A DNA stretch of 38,716 nt from Nitrososphaeraceae archaeon (GTDB lineage Archaea; Thermoproteota; Nitrososphaeria; Nitrososphaerales; Nitrososphaeraceae), in NCBI GenBank assembly GCA_044870765.1, contig JBIOZG010000026.1:1-38716 (forward strand), read 5' to 3'. Both the position numbers and the translations under genes were made by a program. Under the pieces are notes generated by a model. That model saw nothing but the letters and a program-made list of their open reading frames with translations. It did not search any database and was not told where the DNA came from. Of the stretch, positions 36,377 through 38,716 are shown one piece after another; positions within the stretch are counted from its first letter, which is position 1; every line of letters begins with the position of its first letter.

Positions 36377-38170
36377 TTGTCCGGTGAATCAACATTATCT
36401 TTCCGTGTTACTATTAGTTTTTTATCCTTGGTTATTTTACTTATGTTTACTTCAAGTCAGTTGATATTTGCCCAAAGTTCAGCGCAGCAATTGCCCTTTT
36501 TTTTACAGAAAGAGTCAATAAAGATACTTAGTCCTGTTACGACACAAAACGCAACTGTAGGAAAAGATATAATAATTTCGGGTCAATCTTCAGATGATGC
36601 TGTTAAGAATTGTTCAGTATCTGTAATTGTTAATGATATTAGACCCTACCAAAATGCCTCTGCAAGAGGAACCGAGGGGATGGATGATCTTTCTCGATGG
36701 GAATTTGCTTTAAGTAACAACTATACACATGTTATTGAAGGTATGAACAAGATAACTGCAAAATTATTGTGTGAGTCCGCACCTACACGTTGGTATAGTG
36801 TATTTGTTAATGGAATCCCTAATTTAAGTAACGTACAGATAGTTCCACCACAGTCGAGTCTGATACAATCTGTGGAACGTTCTAATGTATCAGAAACTAA
36901 TTTATCAAATATTGAAGAATCAGGAAATAACGACACTTCCTTGCTTGTTTCAATTCTTTCTCAGAAGAACCCTATTGCAAGAGGAGATATTCAAAACACT
37001 ACAATAACTGTTACCGATTCAGCCAAGAGACCAATTACAAATGCTGAAATAAATGGAAAATTGATATATCCAGGGAATAACTTTGAGAAAGAATTTGTAG
37101 GAAAAACGGATTATAATGGCAAGTTCATTTATTCCTGGACTATTGGAAAGAAAGGCGACGTCGGGCCTCTAACCGTAGAAGTAGACGCTTCAAGTCATGG
37201 GTATCAGTCATCTTTTATTACAAGTTCTTTTGATGTCGTGGATTCTTCTGAGTCGTCAGAAGATAATAGTGCTTTAGTTGGCAATCTGGATCTGCATATT
37301 CCAAATTCTGAATTAGATTTTGTAGTTGCAGGTGATTATGGTTGCGACTCAAAAACCAGACAAACTATAAAGGACATGGTAGAACAGAATACCGATCTAG
37401 CCTTTGCGTTGGGGGATTTGTCAGAGGTGAAAAATCCAAACTGCTTTTTTGATATTGTCTCAAAATTAGATAATAAAGATAAGTTTAAAATTGCGTTGGG
37501 AGAATCCGATACTGATAGTAATGAGGTACGTTCATCATCCCGATTTAGTGACTTTGTTAGACATTTTGATTTAGAAAGTCCATTTTACTCTTTTGATTAC
37601 AAAAATGTTCATTTCTTGGCAATGTCAACAGGGAAGAGTGCGTTTATTCCATATGCACCTGGTTCTGCACAGTATGAGTTTATCAATGATGATTTAAGCA
37701 GGGCAGCGAACAATACAAACATAGATTGGATAATAGTCTACGGCTACAGACCATTATATACTTCACCTACTATTCATCCATCTACTGAAATTCTTAGAGA
37801 AACTTATGCTCCACTATTTGAAAAATACGGGGTTGATTTAGTTATGACTTCCCACAATCATAATTATCAGAGATCCTATCCATTGGTGTACAATGTAGCG
37901 CACTCGCGGGAACCAATAATAAAAGATGTAAACGCTTCTTATTATTCCATGCCCGGTGTTCCTATCTACGTTGTAGTTGGCACTGCCGGGAATAATCTTT
38001 ATGATTTCAGAGGACAAGCTCCATTCATGGTAACTCAGTTTCGTGAGACTGGATTTCTGCATGTAAATATCACCAAAGCGGAGCAAAACGTACTGACAGG
38101 AACATTTCACAATGTCGGAACTGGAAATTACGATGATCGATTCATAATTGTAAAGTCAAAATCTGAATAA
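36377..38170 (+). CDS. Secreted protein with Ig-like domains and a purple-acid-phosphatase-like metallophosphoesterase domain (degenerate active site)
   Basis: Signal peptide. AGDYG, LGDLSE, FYSFDYKNVHFLAMST, VDLVMTSHNHNYQRSYP, YVVVGTAG. Confidence 0.85.
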   Translation: MSGESTLSFRVTISFLSLVILLMFTSSQLIFAQSSAQQLPFFLQKESIKILSPVTTQNATVGKDIIISGQSSDDAVKNCSVSVIVNDIRPYQNASARGTEGMDDLSRWEFALSNNYTHVIEGMNKITAKLLCESAPTRWYSVFVNGIPNLSNVQIVPPQSSLIQSVERSNVSETNLSNIEESGNNDTSLLVSILSQKNPIARGDIQNTTITVTDSAKRPITNAEINGKLIYPGNNFEKEFVGKTDYNGKFIYSWTIGKKGDVGPLTVEVDASSHGYQSSFITSSFDVVDSSESSEDNSALVGNLDLHIPNSELDFVVAGDYGCDSKTRQTIKDMVEQNTDLAFALGDLSEVKNPNCFFDIVSKLDNKDKFKIALGESDTDSNEVRSSSRFSDFVRHFDLESPFYSFDYKNVHFLAMSTGKSAFIPYAPGSAQYEFINDDLSRAANNTNIDWIIVYGYRPLYTSPTIHPSTEILRETYAPLFEKYGVDLVMTSHNHNYQRSYPLVYNVAHSREPIIKDVNASYYSMPGVPIYVVVGTAGNNLYDFRGQAPFMVTQFRETGFLHVNITKAEQNVLTGTFHNVGTGNYDDRFIIVKSKSE

Positions 38171-38355
38171 TTTATTTTAATCCAAAATTCAGACAAGGAT
38201 TTGTTGCCAGCGCTTCCGACTCTGCAAATATGGTCACAAAATATTTAATTCTGTTCATAATTTTTTGAGTTTGTCCATTAGATGCTTTGTTAAATGATAC
38301 AATTGAATAAACTAAAAGATATAAGCATCATCATTTGATACTTAGAGGTCGTTCA

Positions 38356-38716
38356 ATGGCAGATACACTGACATTTGTTCTTGTTTCGATTCCTACAATG
38401 GTACTGCTAGGTTTACGTCACGCTCTTGATGTAGACCATATAACAGCAATAGATAATCTAGTAAGACTACATAATGCTACAAGAAAATCACAATGGATAG
38501 GGGCCGGATTTAGTTTGGGTCATATGATTTCTGTCCTCGCCGAAATGATTCTTATCATATATTTTATGGGCAGTATAACAAGTGTAGAGAATCTCTCATT
38601 TTGGGGAGGAGTGATAGGAGCCATTGCATTGGGAGTGATTGGAGCAGTAAACGTTTACTCATTGAAGAAATGGGGTAAAACTGGGTCAGCAATCCTTGCA
38701 ACCAAGATTCTATCTA
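38356..38716 (+). CDS. NiCoT family nickel/cobalt permease (3' truncated by window)
   Basis: LGLRHALDVDHITAIDN (RHAxDxDH signature) and GFSLGH. Open to the window end and not in the ORF track. Confidence 0.9.
   Translation, partial: MADTLTFVLVSIPTMVLLGLRHALDVDHITAIDNLVRLHNATRKSQWIGAGFSLGHMISVLAEMILIIYFMGSITSVENLSFWGGVIGAIALGVIGAVNVYSLKKWGKTGSAILATKILS

Overview
AT-rich archaeal chromosomal region. Its gene content points to a soil-type ammonia-oxidising archaeon (Nitrososphaeraceae-like; inference). The signs are MKYRSRTEI-type wHTH, cbtAB beside a divergent HTH regulator, a GTPase-degenerate EF-Tu/SelB-like protein, stand-alone receivers, many CBS/USP proteins, and TATA boxes about 25-30 nt upstream of start codons. 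It is an accessory stress, metal and envelope region. Envelope and secreted proteins include an FG-GAP integrin-like protein, a secreted GH5-like hydrolase and a degenerate secreted metallophosphoesterase. Transporters are NRAMP, CbtAB, NiCoT and DUF47-PiT. Stress and signalling genes include four CBS proteins, two USPs, a class III nucleotide cyclase and a triple-frameshifted Hsp20. It also carries a YdiF/Pct-type CoA-transferase, a GpgS-like GT2 and Ku. Reading outside the ORF track gave two unlisted Cys/His microproteins, three gene relics (GT4, MDR, receiver), a TA-flanked MITE-like element, a dispersed repeat bracketing an SDR+wHTH pair and several candidate operators. The best candidate for an undescribed system is a module found twice: a small 3-TM membrane protein coupled to a wHTH regulator, next to secreted proteins. 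I found no rRNA, tRNA, CRISPR array or intact transposase.
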